From an uncultured delta proteobacterium (lineage in GTDB: Bacteria > Desulfobacterota > Binatia > UBA9968), in assembly GCA_963771465.1 (NCBI GenBank), contig CAVYTU010000015.1:928001-992000 (forward strand): a stretch of 64,000 nucleotides of DNA, given 5' to 3'. A program made the position numbers and the translations under genes. Under the pieces are notes generated by a model. The model worked only from the letters and a program-made list of their open reading frames with translations. It was not told the DNA's origin and ran no database searches. Shown piece after piece: positions 1 through 9,810 of this stretch. Positions within the stretch are counted from its first letter, which is position 1. Each line of letters begins with the position of its first letter.

Positions 1-233
1 CCGCCCGCGCCGGTCATGTTCTCGACAATGCGCGTCGGATTGCCAGGTAGATATTTACTAATGTGGCGCGCCAGCAGCCGAGTGTACTGATCGTAAGTCC
101 CGCCCGGCGAGTAGCCGACGATAAAAGTCAGCGTCTTATCTTTAAAGGCATCCTGCGCAAACGCTGACGGCGCGAAACTGCCGGCAACCAATACAATGAT
201 TACGAGGAGAAAACCTCGAGTTTTACCAACCAT
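1..233 (-). CDS. Tripartite tricarboxylate transporter substrate-binding protein (TctC/Bug family), 5' part; runs off the window edge
   Basis: Manual translation MVGKTRGFLLVIIVLVAGSFAPSAFAQDAFKDKTLTFIVGYSPGGTYDQYTRLLARHISKYLPGNPTRIVENMTGAG; signal peptide and Bug N-terminal motif; GGGGGA RBS. Confidence 0.9.
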   Translation of the reverse strand, partial: MVGKTRGFLLVIIVLVAGSFAPSAFAQDAFKDKTLTFIVGYSPGGTYDQYTRLLARHISKYLPGNPTRIVENMTGAG

Positions 234-367
234 GTTGTCCCCCATAAATTCACTCGGAAGCTACTACAACTCTCCCCTTTCCATCGATATCACTCAAGCC
301 ATACCTCGTACGGTGCGAATTTTTGGAATCTGAAATTGGCAATTTGAAATGCGCGGCGCTAGCGGCG

Positions 368-1399
368 CTACTTGAGCGCATCGCGCAATTTCCCGATCAG
401 CACCGGCGACAACTTGAACATTCCCGCGACCATTTTCTGCACTTCTTCACCGGCGATCGGCTCAAGATCGATCTTCGATTTTTTCGCATCAGCGACGAAC
501 TCGGGATCTTTCATCGTCGCGTTAAACGCGTTGCGCAAAATCTGCACGCGCTCCTTCGGTGTCCCCGGTGGAACAACGTAGGGGCGATTGGTGATCGCCG
601 GGATCGTCACGCCGTATTCGATCAGTTGGCGCGCGTCTTCCGTCTTCGCATAGCTGATCGCCAGCGGTACTTTCGGCAAATCCGGGTGAGGTTTTGAAAC
701 CATTTGCACCACCATGACCGCCTCGCCGCTCTCGAGTGCGCGCGGCCAGGTTGCCTTGATCGAGTCCCAGCCCCAGCAGCCGCCGGCCAACTCGCCCGAC
801 TCGGCGCCGAGACGAATGTCCGCCGTGCCTTTGTAACCCGAGACTAAATGGATCGGCAGTCCCAGCGCCGCTTGAAGTATCTTCGGCCCGTCGTGCACTA
901 AGTCGCCGGGCGCGGTGGCGCCGACTTTCACCGGCGTTTTGGCTGCCATCCAGCGTTCCATGCTGGTAATGCCGCTCGCTTTGGTGAACACGCAGGCGCG
1001 ATTGTCCTGCACCGGGACGCCGAGGAACTCAAACTTGCGCGCGTCAAACTCGATGCCGACGCCGCCTTTAAGCTGTTGCATGAACAGGCCGCCGCCGAAA
1101 TTGCCAATCGTCAGCCCATCCGGACGCGCCACCTTGTAAACGTGGTTGGCGGCAATCAAGCTTCCCGCCCCGCCCATGTTTTCCACGATGATCGCCGGGT
1201 TGCCGGGAATGTGCCGGCCCCAATAACGCGCGATGGCGCGCGAATAAGTATCAAACCCACCGCCGGCGGCAAAACCGACGACGATGCGCACCGCCTTGCC
1301 ACGGAAAAAAGGCTCCTGCGCCAAAGCCGAAAGAGGCAACAGCCAAACAACTGCACCAAGGAACAAAATTATCCTTCCAGACAAATTGCTCTGCATCAT
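368..1399 (-). CDS. TctC/Bug family substrate-binding protein
   Basis: Signal peptide; VGFAAGGGFDTYSR, ENMGGAG, PDGLTI, PPGTPKERV motifs. Confidence 0.92.
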   Translation of the reverse strand: MMQSNLSGRIILFLGAVVWLLPLSALAQEPFFRGKAVRIVVGFAAGGGFDTYSRAIARYWGRHIPGNPAIIVENMGGAGSLIAANHVYKVARPDGLTIGNFGGGLFMQQLKGGVGIEFDARKFEFLGVPVQDNRACVFTKASGITSMERWMAAKTPVKVGATAPGDLVHDGPKILQAALGLPIHLVSGYKGTADIRLGAESGELAGGCWGWDSIKATWPRALESGEAVMVVQMVSKPHPDLPKVPLAISYAKTEDARQLIEYGVTIPAITNRPYVVPPGTPKERVQILRNAFNATMKDPEFVADAKKSKIDLEPIAGEEVQKMVAGMFKLSPVLIGKLRDALK

Positions 1400-1726
1400 G
1401 AAAATCCTCCGCCGCGAAAAATTAGCCGAGCAACCGTAAAGCTACGCGTGCATAGCTTTTTTCGCGGTCCAATATTTCCGGTGATTGCCGCATCGCGTTG
1501 CAGCCTAGTCAGCTTGCGCAACTACGTCAAGGCATTAGAAGCAGCAGGACCGTGATGGTGGATATCTAAATTGCTGATCACGGCTCTGGTGAATCGAGAC
1601 AGGGTCGTGATACAAGGCGGGCAAGTGCTTAAACGATTTTCTGGGCATGAAAGAGTTCTGTCAAACAAAAATTCTTTACAGTAACGCCAAACGGCTTTTT
1701 AACTTGTAGATGAGAAAGAAAGTTGT

Positions 1727-1796
1727 CACCGCAAAGGACGCGAAGTTAGAACGTTTGATATTCCCAAACCTTCTTGCCTTTGTGCCTTTCGTGGTG
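1727..1796. repeat. Intergenic imperfect palindrome (REP-like, CACCxCxAAGG...CTTTCGTGGTG type)
   Basis: Left arm CACCGCAAAGGACGCGAAG vs reverse complement of right arm CACCACGAAAGGCACAAAG; all mismatches are transitions. Confidence 0.55.
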
Positions 1797-1847
1797 GAAA
1801 AATGATCGATGCAAACCGGTAATCAACAACCCACAAGGAGAAAAAAC

Positions 1848-2693
1848 ATGAGCCCGACAAATTCCACAATCAATGATCCGATGATTCCCGTGCCGATCCC
1901 GGAACAGGTTCCGGCCAAAGAAGGACTCGCTGAACTTCCAGGCACTCGGCTTTGGTATTGGGATACCGGCGGCGATGGCGCGCCGGTGGTATTTCTCCAT
2001 CCAGCGACGGGCAGCGCGCTCATCTGGTTGTACCAGCAGCCGGTCTTCGCCAAAGCCGGCTATCGCGTCATCGCCTACTCGCGCCGCAATCATTACGGCT
2101 CCGATATGGCGACCGAAGCGAATCCCGGCATCGGCTCGGAAGATTTGCACAATCTAATGGATTTTCTCGGTGTGAAAAAATTTCATGCGGTGGCCTCAGC
2201 AGCCGGCGGCAGCGTCGCCACGGACTATGCTTTCGCGCACCCGGAACGGCTGTTCAGTCTGACGGTGTGCAGCAACAATCTCTCCGCCAAAGACGGCTAC
2301 ATCGCCGATATCGCCGCCAAGATCAGGCCGAAAGAAGAGGAAGATTTGCCGCGCTGGTTTTGGGAGTTGAGCCCGTCTTATCGCGCGGCCAATCCCGAAG
2401 GCACAGAGATATGGAGCGAGCTCAATCGCAAATCCATCCCCAAAAGAGGGCCACGGCAAAAATCCGCCAACGTGGTCACGCCGGCCAAGTTGGAAACTCT
2501 AAAAGTGCCGACTTTGCTGATGTCCGGCCCCGCCGATCATTCGACACCGCCATCGATCACGCGCATGCTCGCGCGCCACATTCCCGATAACGAAGTTGTC
2601 ATCATTGAAGAAGCCGGCCACTCTTCATATTGGGAGCGTCCCGAGGCTTTTAACCGCGCCGTGCTCGACTTCATCGGGCGACATACAAAATAG
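1848..2693 (+). CDS. Alpha/beta hydrolase-fold protein
   Basis: VVFLHP, nucleophile elbow HAVASAAGG, AGHSSYWERPEAFN; AGGAG RBS before ATG 1848. Confidence 0.88.
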   Translation: MSPTNSTINDPMIPVPIPEQVPAKEGLAELPGTRLWYWDTGGDGAPVVFLHPATGSALIWLYQQPVFAKAGYRVIAYSRRNHYGSDMATEANPGIGSEDLHNLMDFLGVKKFHAVASAAGGSVATDYAFAHPERLFSLTVCSNNLSAKDGYIADIAAKIRPKEEEDLPRWFWELSPSYRAANPEGTEIWSELNRKSIPKRGPRQKSANVVTPAKLETLKVPTLLMSGPADHSTPPSITRMLARHIPDNEVVIIEEAGHSSYWERPEAFNRAVLDFIGRHTK

Positions 2694-2702
2694 CCCCAGG
2701 TC

Positions 2703-3857
2703 ATGCGCCTCAGAAGAACGAATACTAAGAAGCTCATGAGGATTTACGCTGGCGTAATATCGATCTGGGCATTTCTCCTCTGGCTTAACTTAGCTTCCGT
2801 ACAAGCCGGCGAAGCCAAACCGGCGCGGCAGAGCGAGTGGGACGATACTGTCGAGGCAGCCCAAAAAGAAGGGCAGATCGCGATCTACCACACCCGCGGC
2901 CCTTTCGATAAGGTCTTCGCCGATTTCAATAAGCGATATCCCGCAGTCAAGGTTGTGTCGGTCACAGGACGAGGCGGCGATCTGATCGCTAGGATAATGA
3001 GCGAGAGGCGAGCGGGAAAATTCCTCGTGGACATGTATCTGGGTTCGACAGGTACGCCTCAAGACGTTCTATACCCGGCGAAAGCTCTCGATGCTGTCCC
3101 GCCTCTTTTGATTTTATCTGAGGTCAGAGAGCAGTCGAGCTGGTTCGGCAAACGCCATCACTACGGTGATCCCGAGGGAAAATACATCTTCGTTTTCGAA
3201 GGCGTGGTCCGTTCGGATATGGCGCACAACACTACGCTCGTGGACGACAGAGAGTTCACTTCCTATTGGGATCTGGTTAAGCCCAAGTGGAAGGGAAAGA
3301 TCGCCGCGATGGATCCCAAGCTGCCTGGTTTTCCAGTGGGACTTCTTCAGTTCGCGTACTACCATCCGGATCTCGGCGCCAAATTCATAAAACAACTCTT
3401 TGGCGAGATGGACATCACCTTATCGCGCGATAGCCGCCAGCTCGTGGACTGGCTCGCCGTCGGCAAATTCGCCATCGCCATCGCACCCTCCGCCAGCGAT
3501 GTTCAAGCCGGCATGAAGCCGGGCCTGCCTTTGGCTCGTTTCGAGCCGCGCTCGTTCAAGGAAGGCATCTACATGCGCGCCACTCAGGGGTCGCTCAGCG
3601 TCTTGAACCGCCGGCCCCATCCCCAGGCGACGAAATTATTCGTAAACTGGCTTTTGTCTCGCGAAGGCCAGACTCATTATCAAAATCATTTCACGCGCAT
3701 CGATCCCGTTTTTAGTCTGCGGGACGATATTCCGGTAGATCCCGCCGTCGAGCCGTACCGCCCCAAGCCAGGCGACAGATTCATGTCCGTCTATGGTTCG
3801 GAATTCAGAGATCTCCAAGGCGCGTATAAAATAATTGACGAAGTGCTGAAACGATAG
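2703..3857 (+). CDS. ABC-type extracellular solute-binding protein (AfuA/iron(III)-like cluster)
   Basis: Signal peptide; AAQKEG, SERRAGK, YWDLVKPKWKGKI, PHPQATKLFVNWLLSREGQ; start may be a later Met. Confidence 0.88.
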   Translation: MRLRRTNTKKLMRIYAGVISIWAFLLWLNLASVQAGEAKPARQSEWDDTVEAAQKEGQIAIYHTRGPFDKVFADFNKRYPAVKVVSVTGRGGDLIARIMSERRAGKFLVDMYLGSTGTPQDVLYPAKALDAVPPLLILSEVREQSSWFGKRHHYGDPEGKYIFVFEGVVRSDMAHNTTLVDDREFTSYWDLVKPKWKGKIAAMDPKLPGFPVGLLQFAYYHPDLGAKFIKQLFGEMDITLSRDSRQLVDWLAVGKFAIAIAPSASDVQAGMKPGLPLARFEPRSFKEGIYMRATQGSLSVLNRRPHPQATKLFVNWLLSREGQTHYQNHFTRIDPVFSLRDDIPVDPAVEPYRPKPGDRFMSVYGSEFRDLQGAYKIIDEVLKR

Positions 3858-3960
3858 CCGTCCGAGAAAAAGCACGCGGCTAGGTCGGCGCAGGCAATGG
3901 GCTTCGACCGCGGCATCCAGGTTAAGGCAACGAGGATCGATATCGAAGCGGCTCCGACGA

Positions 3961-4899
3961 TCATCGTTTCTTAAAAAGTCTATCGATAAACCCTTCGCGC
4001 ACCAGTCGGTCGATGATGGAATTGTCGGCGACGCTCTCAACGGCGATCGGTTTCTTGCCCATGAAATCGACGATCGGCGCGATGGCTTCACCGAGCCGCG
4101 TATATTTTTGAATCACCCTCAACGCTCGATCTTTTTGCTCGTGCATCGTCGCCACGCCTTCAAGAGAGGCCCGCGCAAAGCCGTCCACCGCCTCCGGCGT
4201 GCGACGCTGGAAGTCCCGTGTCACCGCGATCACCACGTTGGAGTAAACGAAATCCAACTCGGATAAGTCCACGAGCATGCGCATCGGCGCGTCGACTCGC
4301 AGGGCCGAGATGACCGCGCCGGCGATCTGCTTGAGCTGAAACGCGGCAGCGATCTCCGTCGTGCCGCCGAACTGGCGCACGTTCACCGCGCCTTGGAGAC
4401 CCTTTTTGCGTAGCAGAATACGCGTCATGTTATCGGTCACCGAACCGAAGCGCGATATGCCGAGGGTCTTGCCGCGCAGCTCTTCGACGCTCGTGATCTC
4501 CGGCTGCACCCAGAGCCGATAATACGGACGATTGACTAAGCTCATGACCGCCACTAGAGGCGCGCCGGCCATTACCGCTGCGACAACCGCATTGGTTGCG
4601 GCAAATCCGCCTTGCAAGTCGCCGCCGATCAGCGCCTGGACGACCACCGGTCCGGAAGAAATAAAAATGAGCTCGGTTTGCAGTCCATATTTTTCAAAAG
4701 CGCCAACCTCCTTCGCCATCCACAATCCCGTGCCCGCCGGGCCGACGGTCGAATAGCCCAGAGTAAGTTTTCTCGACTCGGCGGCATTGCCGACAGCGTA
4801 AAAAAATGCCGAAGCCAGCGTGCTCACCATTGCTCGCGCAAGGAATTTTCGCGTGCGGGTCATGAGATGCAAATACCTCGTTACGGATTGTTCCATCAA
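3961..4899 (-). CDS. NitT/TauT (SsuA/NMT1-like) ABC substrate-binding protein, apparently with an in-frame C-terminal deletion
   Basis: LWMAKEVGAFEKYGL, LRGKTLGISRFGS, DNSIIDRLVREGFID; shorter than paralogues between KYTRL and EAI. Confidence 0.82.
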   Translation of the reverse strand: MMEQSVTRYLHLMTRTRKFLARAMVSTLASAFFYAVGNAAESRKLTLGYSTVGPAGTGLWMAKEVGAFEKYGLQTELIFISSGPVVVQALIGGDLQGGFAATNAVVAAVMAGAPLVAVMSLVNRPYYRLWVQPEITSVEELRGKTLGISRFGSVTDNMTRILLRKKGLQGAVNVRQFGGTTEIAAAFQLKQIAGAVISALRVDAPMRMLVDLSELDFVYSNVVIAVTRDFQRRTPEAVDGFARASLEGVATMHEQKDRALRVIQKYTRLGEAIAPIVDFMGKKPIAVESVADNSIIDRLVREGFIDRLFKKR

Positions 4900-4907
4900 C
4901 GCGACAC

Positions 4908-5489
4908 TTACCAGAAAAATAGTGACTCAACCAAGATCAACTCGCAGGCGCCGCCGCCGGCATCGCCGCGGGTCAGCGAACTTTTCCAGCGAAAGCCATC
5001 CTTACCGGTTGCCTCGACGAGATACCCCTTGAGATGGACCATGTTGCCAGCACGAATCGATTTGAGCTGGCGTTCGATTTCATCATTGGCGGGGATCATG
5101 TGCATGTTTGCGCTGTGGGTTTCGATTTCCGCCCTCGGCAATGGAAGTGTACTAACCCACCAGCTATAGAAGCGCCCGCCCTGAGAGATGCTGATCTGTT
5201 TTAGCACCGTACTATCGGACATCGCGCCCCAGCCGAGTACCAAATCCACCGGCGACAAAGGCGATCCGCGATCGAACCAATACCTCTCGGATGCAATTAC
5301 CCGCGCGCGAATATCGAATGATGCCAGTAGCGATAGACGGTAACCGCTTTTTTCGCGAATCGAGGTGGAATTAACTTCTCGCTGATAAGGCTCATCCGGG
5401 GCAAGGACTCCAGACGGACGAGAGATTTCCCGGCCGCTCCAATAATAGAGCGCCATGATCAGCGCAAGCATGATGCCGAACTGTTTCAC
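4908..5489 (-). CDS. Conserved hypothetical protein with N-terminal membrane anchor
   Basis: Probable GTG start at 5489; SPVDLVLGWG, SANMHMIPA, WKSSLTRGDAGGGACE motifs. Confidence 0.75.
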   Translation of the reverse strand: MKQFGIMLALIMALYYWSGREISRPSGVLAPDEPYQREVNSTSIREKSGYRLSLLASFDIRARVIASERYWFDRGSPLSPVDLVLGWGAMSDSTVLKQISISQGGRFYSWWVSTLPLPRAEIETHSANMHMIPANDEIERQLKSIRAGNMVHLKGYLVEATGKDGFRWKSSLTRGDAGGGACELILVESLFFW

Positions 5490-5624
5490 ATGACACCGGC
5501 CGCCGTTGAGATTGTAACTGACCTCGGCTTTCCTGAGAAGAATTTGACCTTGCGCTCGGTGAACCACTTATGATCTGTTTTGAGCACGGGAGAGAGTCCG
5601 GTCGATTTTCATCAGGGAGGCACT

Positions 5625-6758
5625 ATGAAAAACCCGACATTGATTAGCGTCGCGTTTGTGATTCTCCAGCTACAACTTAGCCCGGCAGCAGAACTCTCAG
5701 CCGCTGAAAAAACCGCCTGGCAACTGGACTGGCAAAAAACCGTCCAGGCGGCCAAACAAGAAGCGCAGATCCTCATCTACGCGGCCATGGGTCCGTACCA
5801 CCCCCAAATCTTCACTGAGTTTCAAAAGGATTATCCGGAAATAAAAGCCACCGTTATCCACGGCAACAGCAGCCGGATATCACCGCGCCTGCTCGCTGAG
5901 CGCCGCGCCGGGAAATATCTCGCCGATGTTTATCTCGGCGGGCCCACTTCGCTTTACAGCTTTTACCAGAACAAGCTATTTGATCCGCTGTCACCGCTCC
6001 TCGTCTTACCGGAAGTTGTCGATACCTCGCTTTGGTGGGAAAGCAAACATTTGTATATCGACCCTGAACGCAAACATATCTTCGTCAACGAAGGCAGCGT
6101 CTCCGGCTTTACCATCACCTACAACTCGCAGCTCGCCAAAGCCGCCGAGTTCAAGTCCTACTGGGATATGTTGGCGCCCAAGTGGAAAGGCAAGATCGTC
6201 AGCCTCGACGCCCGCGATCCGGGCTTTGGCGCCAGCGAGCTGCGCTACGTTTATTATCATCCTGAGCTGGGTGGAGAATTCATCCGCCGGCTCTTTGGCG
6301 AGATGGACGTTACGCTTAGCCGGGAACACCAGCAGGCGATGGATTGGATCGGCATCGGCAAATTTGCGCTGTGCGCGTTTTGCCGCGACGGCTCGGCGAC
6401 CAAAGCCAAAGCGCAGGGACTGCCGGTGGACTACATCAACCACAACGACCTCAAGGAAATGCCGCGGCTGCGCGGCAGCGCCAGCGCGATTACGCTGGTC
6501 AACCGAGCGCCGCATCAAAACGCCGCCAAAGTATTTATCAACTGGTTTCTTTCCCGCCGCGGCCAGACCGTTTATCAAGAAAGCCACGGCGACCGTGATT
6601 CCCTGCGCACCGATATACCCAAAGACATTGTCCCCACCGCTCAGCGGCGCATCGCCGGCAGGAAATACTTTTTCGTCGAATTGCCGGAATATATGGAAGT
6701 GAAGCCGGCGGTGAAAATCATCGATGACGCGCTCGGTGGCAAAGCGCGGGGCCAATGA
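5625..6758 (+). CDS. ABC-type extracellular solute-binding protein (AfuA-like)
   Basis: GGAGG RBS; AERRAGK, YWDMLAPKWKGKI, APHQNAAKVFINWFLSRRGQ. Confidence 0.9.
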   Translation: MKNPTLISVAFVILQLQLSPAAELSAAEKTAWQLDWQKTVQAAKQEAQILIYAAMGPYHPQIFTEFQKDYPEIKATVIHGNSSRISPRLLAERRAGKYLADVYLGGPTSLYSFYQNKLFDPLSPLLVLPEVVDTSLWWESKHLYIDPERKHIFVNEGSVSGFTITYNSQLAKAAEFKSYWDMLAPKWKGKIVSLDARDPGFGASELRYVYYHPELGGEFIRRLFGEMDVTLSREHQQAMDWIGIGKFALCAFCRDGSATKAKAQGLPVDYINHNDLKEMPRLRGSASAITLVNRAPHQNAAKVFINWFLSRRGQTVYQESHGDRDSLRTDIPKDIVPTAQRRIAGRKYFFVELPEYMEVKPAVKIIDDALGGKARGQ

Positions 6759-6773
6759 ACGATTTAAGCAGTC

Positions 6774-6849
6774 CTCGCCGCGGCGACGCTCAGAACGCGG
6801 AGAAATGAGACTGAAAAACCCCGGCGATCTCTTGTGCCTCTGCGGTGAG
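6774..6849. repeat. Imperfect palindrome of CTCxCCGCxGxG...CTCTGCGGTGAG type between convergent genes
   Basis: Arms CTCGCCGCGGCGACGC and GTGCCTCTGCGGTGAG are partly complementary. Confidence 0.45.
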
Positions 6850-6891
6850 TTATCGGGTACGTGTTGCCGATGCGCCACCACACGCACCGGT

Positions 6892-7356
6892 TTATTTCGC
6901 GTCTACCGCAGCGGCACCATTCCCATGACCAGCTTTTTCGTTTTCATCAGGGGGCGGCTCTGCACCGATCCACCCATGCTTGGTGATATCGATCATCACT
7001 GCGTCCGGCCCTTTATATTTCTCTTCAAAGAAACTCGTCGTCGCACCCTCGGGGCGACCGAAACGATACTCTGCGCCCGACTCGTCTAGACGACGCCGGG
7101 TTTCCTCCAGGTCGTCGACCCAAAAGCCAAAGTGATGCAGACCAAACACCGGCCCCAAGCCATCCTGCCGATCAGCAGCTTCGACCGTTTTAAAGCGCAG
7201 CACCGCCATGTTGATGGTGCCGTCGCTTAAATAAACTCCCTTGGCGATCGGCGAATCGGTGCGCCCAACTTCCTTCATGTCAAACACCCGCTTATAAAAC
7301 TCCGCCGTCTTCTCCGGATCCGGAGTGTGCACCGCGATATGTCTTAACTTCGCCAT
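6892..7356 (-). CDS. VOC (glyoxalase/bleomycin resistance/dioxygenase) family protein
   Basis: LRHIAV, GLHHFGFWVDD, KYKGPD; GAGGAGG RBS. Confidence 0.9.
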   Translation of the reverse strand: MAKLRHIAVHTPDPEKTAEFYKRVFDMKEVGRTDSPIAKGVYLSDGTINMAVLRFKTVEAADRQDGLGPVFGLHHFGFWVDDLEETRRRLDESGAEYRFGRPEGATTSFFEEKYKGPDAVMIDITKHGWIGAEPPPDENEKAGHGNGAAAVDAK

Positions 7357-7737
7357 AATGCCTCCTCTTGAAACATACTATTCAATTCGGTCAGAAATAC
7401 GTCTGCCTCTTTTAATTCCCGCAACCGCCAAGAACATAAGTTAGGATATGGATAATCGTCAAGCCATCGGGCAATAGGAAAGATTAAAGGAAAACCCGGC
7501 ATCGAATGCTCGTTGGCGGCAGAACTTCACTATAGCCGCTGTGTATCCGATCGTTTACACCACATCCACTCGTTTACACTTACCGGTAACGGGCCGAGCA
7601 ATCATTTTATTTGCCGTCAGTAATTTTTCCCTATCAATTGCTCCGAAACTCGGACAGTCACGGCGCAGCCATCATAAATGGCCGCAATTTCTCCTTATCA
7701 ATCGATCTTCTAGCGCCTCCGGTACTAATCGACGCAG

Positions 7738-7754
7738 GCGGCCCGAAGTTTGCG
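7738..7754 (+). promoter_or_regulatory. Putative sigma54 (-24/-12) promoter
   Basis: CGGCCCGAAGTTTGCG, GG-N10-GC spacing; TGT-N12-ACA site and direct repeat upstream at 7542-7579. Confidence 0.55.
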
Positions 7755-7789
7755 TAACACCTTGGCAAAGCAAAATCAGTTGGGGGGTA

Positions 7790-7972
7790 ATGATGGAAAT
7801 TGCCGAAAATGACGATGACCCGTTTAGAGAATCACACGCCGATTCCCGCTTGCCGAAGTTGGTGGAAACCCACCCAGTCTTGTTGCAATTGCTGCAACAG
7901 GCGGAACTTGAGTTGATTCTCCAAGAACTTGACGAGTTGATCGAGTCCGAAGGCGGAATACTAATTCCGTAG
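7790..7972 (+). CDS. Small acidic hypothetical protein (60 aa)
   Basis: GGGGG RBS; MMEIAENDDDPFRESH...LQELDELIESEGGILIP; downstream of a sigma54 motif. Confidence 0.55.
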   Translation: MMEIAENDDDPFRESHADSRLPKLVETHPVLLQLLQQAELELILQELDELIESEGGILIP

Positions 7973-8056
7973 CCGAACCTTCAGTCATCCAGCTACAAGA
8001 ATTCCCCTACAACGTCGATCACCTAGGGTCGGACCCAGCAAACTCACCGCGCGTGC

Positions 8057-8449
8057 TTAGGAAATCACCGCGATCGCATTGATCTCCAGCAACAGCTCCG
8101 GACGCGCCAGCGCCACCACTTGAACCATCGTGCTGGTCGGGAAGTTCGTGCCCAACACTTCACGGCGGGTTTCATTGATGTCGCGATGATACTTCACGTC
8201 CGTGCTAAACACGCTCATCGCAACAACGTCATTGATCGTCCCGCCGGCGGCTTCGACGGCGCGTTGAATTTTTGCCAGAATAAATCGTGTCTGCGCGCGG
8301 GCATCGCCAGCGCCGACAACTTTGCCATCATGATCCGAAGCCGTTTGGCCGGCGATAAACACCATACGGCCCGGCTGCGCGATGTTTACTAGGGAATAAC
8401 TCCCACGCGGTACCGGCAGCCCATCGGGATTGAGCGTCGTCTTGGCCAT
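8057..8449 (-). CDS. RidA/YjgF family protein
   Basis: YS, FIAGQ, FPTSTMVQVVALARPELLLEINAIA; AGGAGG RBS. Confidence 0.92.
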   Translation of the reverse strand: MAKTTLNPDGLPVPRGSYSLVNIAQPGRMVFIAGQTASDHDGKVVGAGDARAQTRFILAKIQRAVEAAGGTINDVVAMSVFSTDVKYHRDINETRREVLGTNFPTSTMVQVVALARPELLLEINAIAVIS

Positions 8450-8700
8450 CCAATTTTCCTCCTGTAATCATAAGTTTTGTCCCCTTAATAGCCCAAATTA
8501 AACCAGGGAAGTAGCGAAAATTCAGGAATGCCAGGAAAACCGCAGCAACTTGGCGCTGCCGGTGCCCCATTCGCCTTAAGAAAAAAGGGTATTGCGTCAA
8601 CTGTGGCCAATCTGTATAGAACTATCGTCTTCACCCGAGGACAGATAAAGGTTTAACCGTGGCAGTATCTTGGCAACGTGCTCGACTAATGGGAGATCAA

Positions 8701-9756
8701 ATGAAAACCGCAGGACTGGTAGCAATTTTGTTTCTCGGCGTCGTGTCATATTTTGGAGAAGACGCGCGGGTCTATGCGCAAACGCCGTATTATCAAGGGA
8801 AAACGATCAGATTGGTCCAGGGCCGCGAACCGGGCGGCTCCGGCGACACGCGTGTCAAAATGGTCGCGCCTTATTTGAAGAAGTACATTCCCGGCGGCCC
8901 CACCGTGATCAGCGAGTACATGCCGGGCGCCGGTGGCCGCAAGGCGGCAAATTATCTTTTTAACACCGCTCGCCCGGACGGCTTGACCTTCGGCCATGTC
9001 AGCAGCGGCATAGTGACCAGCGCCGTGCTGGGCGAGAGTGGTGTCCAGTACGACCTTGATAAATTTATTTGGCTCGGCGCCACCGATAGCGCTTTCCACT
9101 ACGCGTTTCTCACCAGAAAAGAATTGGGCCTAACCAATCTGGAAAAGCTGCAGGCGTATTCCGGCCTAAAGATCGGCGCCACCGAAATCGGTCATACCAC
9201 CTATACGTTTGGTCGCACGTTTGCTTGGGTGCTCGGACTCAAAGATCCCAAATTCGTTCTTGGCTACGCCTCGATAGAAATTGACGTTGCCATCCAGAGC
9301 GGCGAAGTCGATTCGCGCAGCAACAACACCGCCGAAGTGATGCGGCGCTTCCCAGACGCTTTTAAGAAAGCGCCATTCAACATTCTCGCGATCTTCAAAA
9401 TTCCTCGGGAAGAAAAAGAACCGGAGTTCGATCACCTGCCGGAAATCGACACCTTTACAAAGTCGGAGAAAGAGCGTCGTTTGCTCTCGTTGATCCGCTC
9501 AACCCGTCAGGTTGGAACCCCATTTCTCATTCCGCCTAACACCCCCAAGGAACAGGTGCAGATACTCCGCGAAGGCATGACCAAGACTTTTCGCGATCCG
9601 GAGTTTCGAAAAGAATACCGAAAGATTACCGGTGACGAGGTCAGTCCGATGTCGCCGGAGGCACAGCAAGAGACCATCCGCTCAATCCCGCGCGACGCGG
9701 AGACTATCGGATTGTTTAATCTAATCAATGGCAGCAAACCTTTGCCGGCACGCTGA
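8701..9756 (+). CDS. TctC/Bug family substrate-binding protein
   Basis: PYYQGKTI, PGGSGD, YMPGAGG, PDGLT, PPNTPKEQV; GGGAG RBS. Confidence 0.9.
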   Translation: MKTAGLVAILFLGVVSYFGEDARVYAQTPYYQGKTIRLVQGREPGGSGDTRVKMVAPYLKKYIPGGPTVISEYMPGAGGRKAANYLFNTARPDGLTFGHVSSGIVTSAVLGESGVQYDLDKFIWLGATDSAFHYAFLTRKELGLTNLEKLQAYSGLKIGATEIGHTTYTFGRTFAWVLGLKDPKFVLGYASIEIDVAIQSGEVDSRSNNTAEVMRRFPDAFKKAPFNILAIFKIPREEKEPEFDHLPEIDTFTKSEKERRLLSLIRSTRQVGTPFLIPPNTPKEQVQILREGMTKTFRDPEFRKEYRKITGDEVSPMSPEAQQETIRSIPRDAETIGLFNLINGSKPLPAR

Positions 9757-9810
9757 GAAAGGAATTGTCGAGCTACGCTTCGGTCTAACCCAGCGCCAAG
9801 GGAGCAACCG

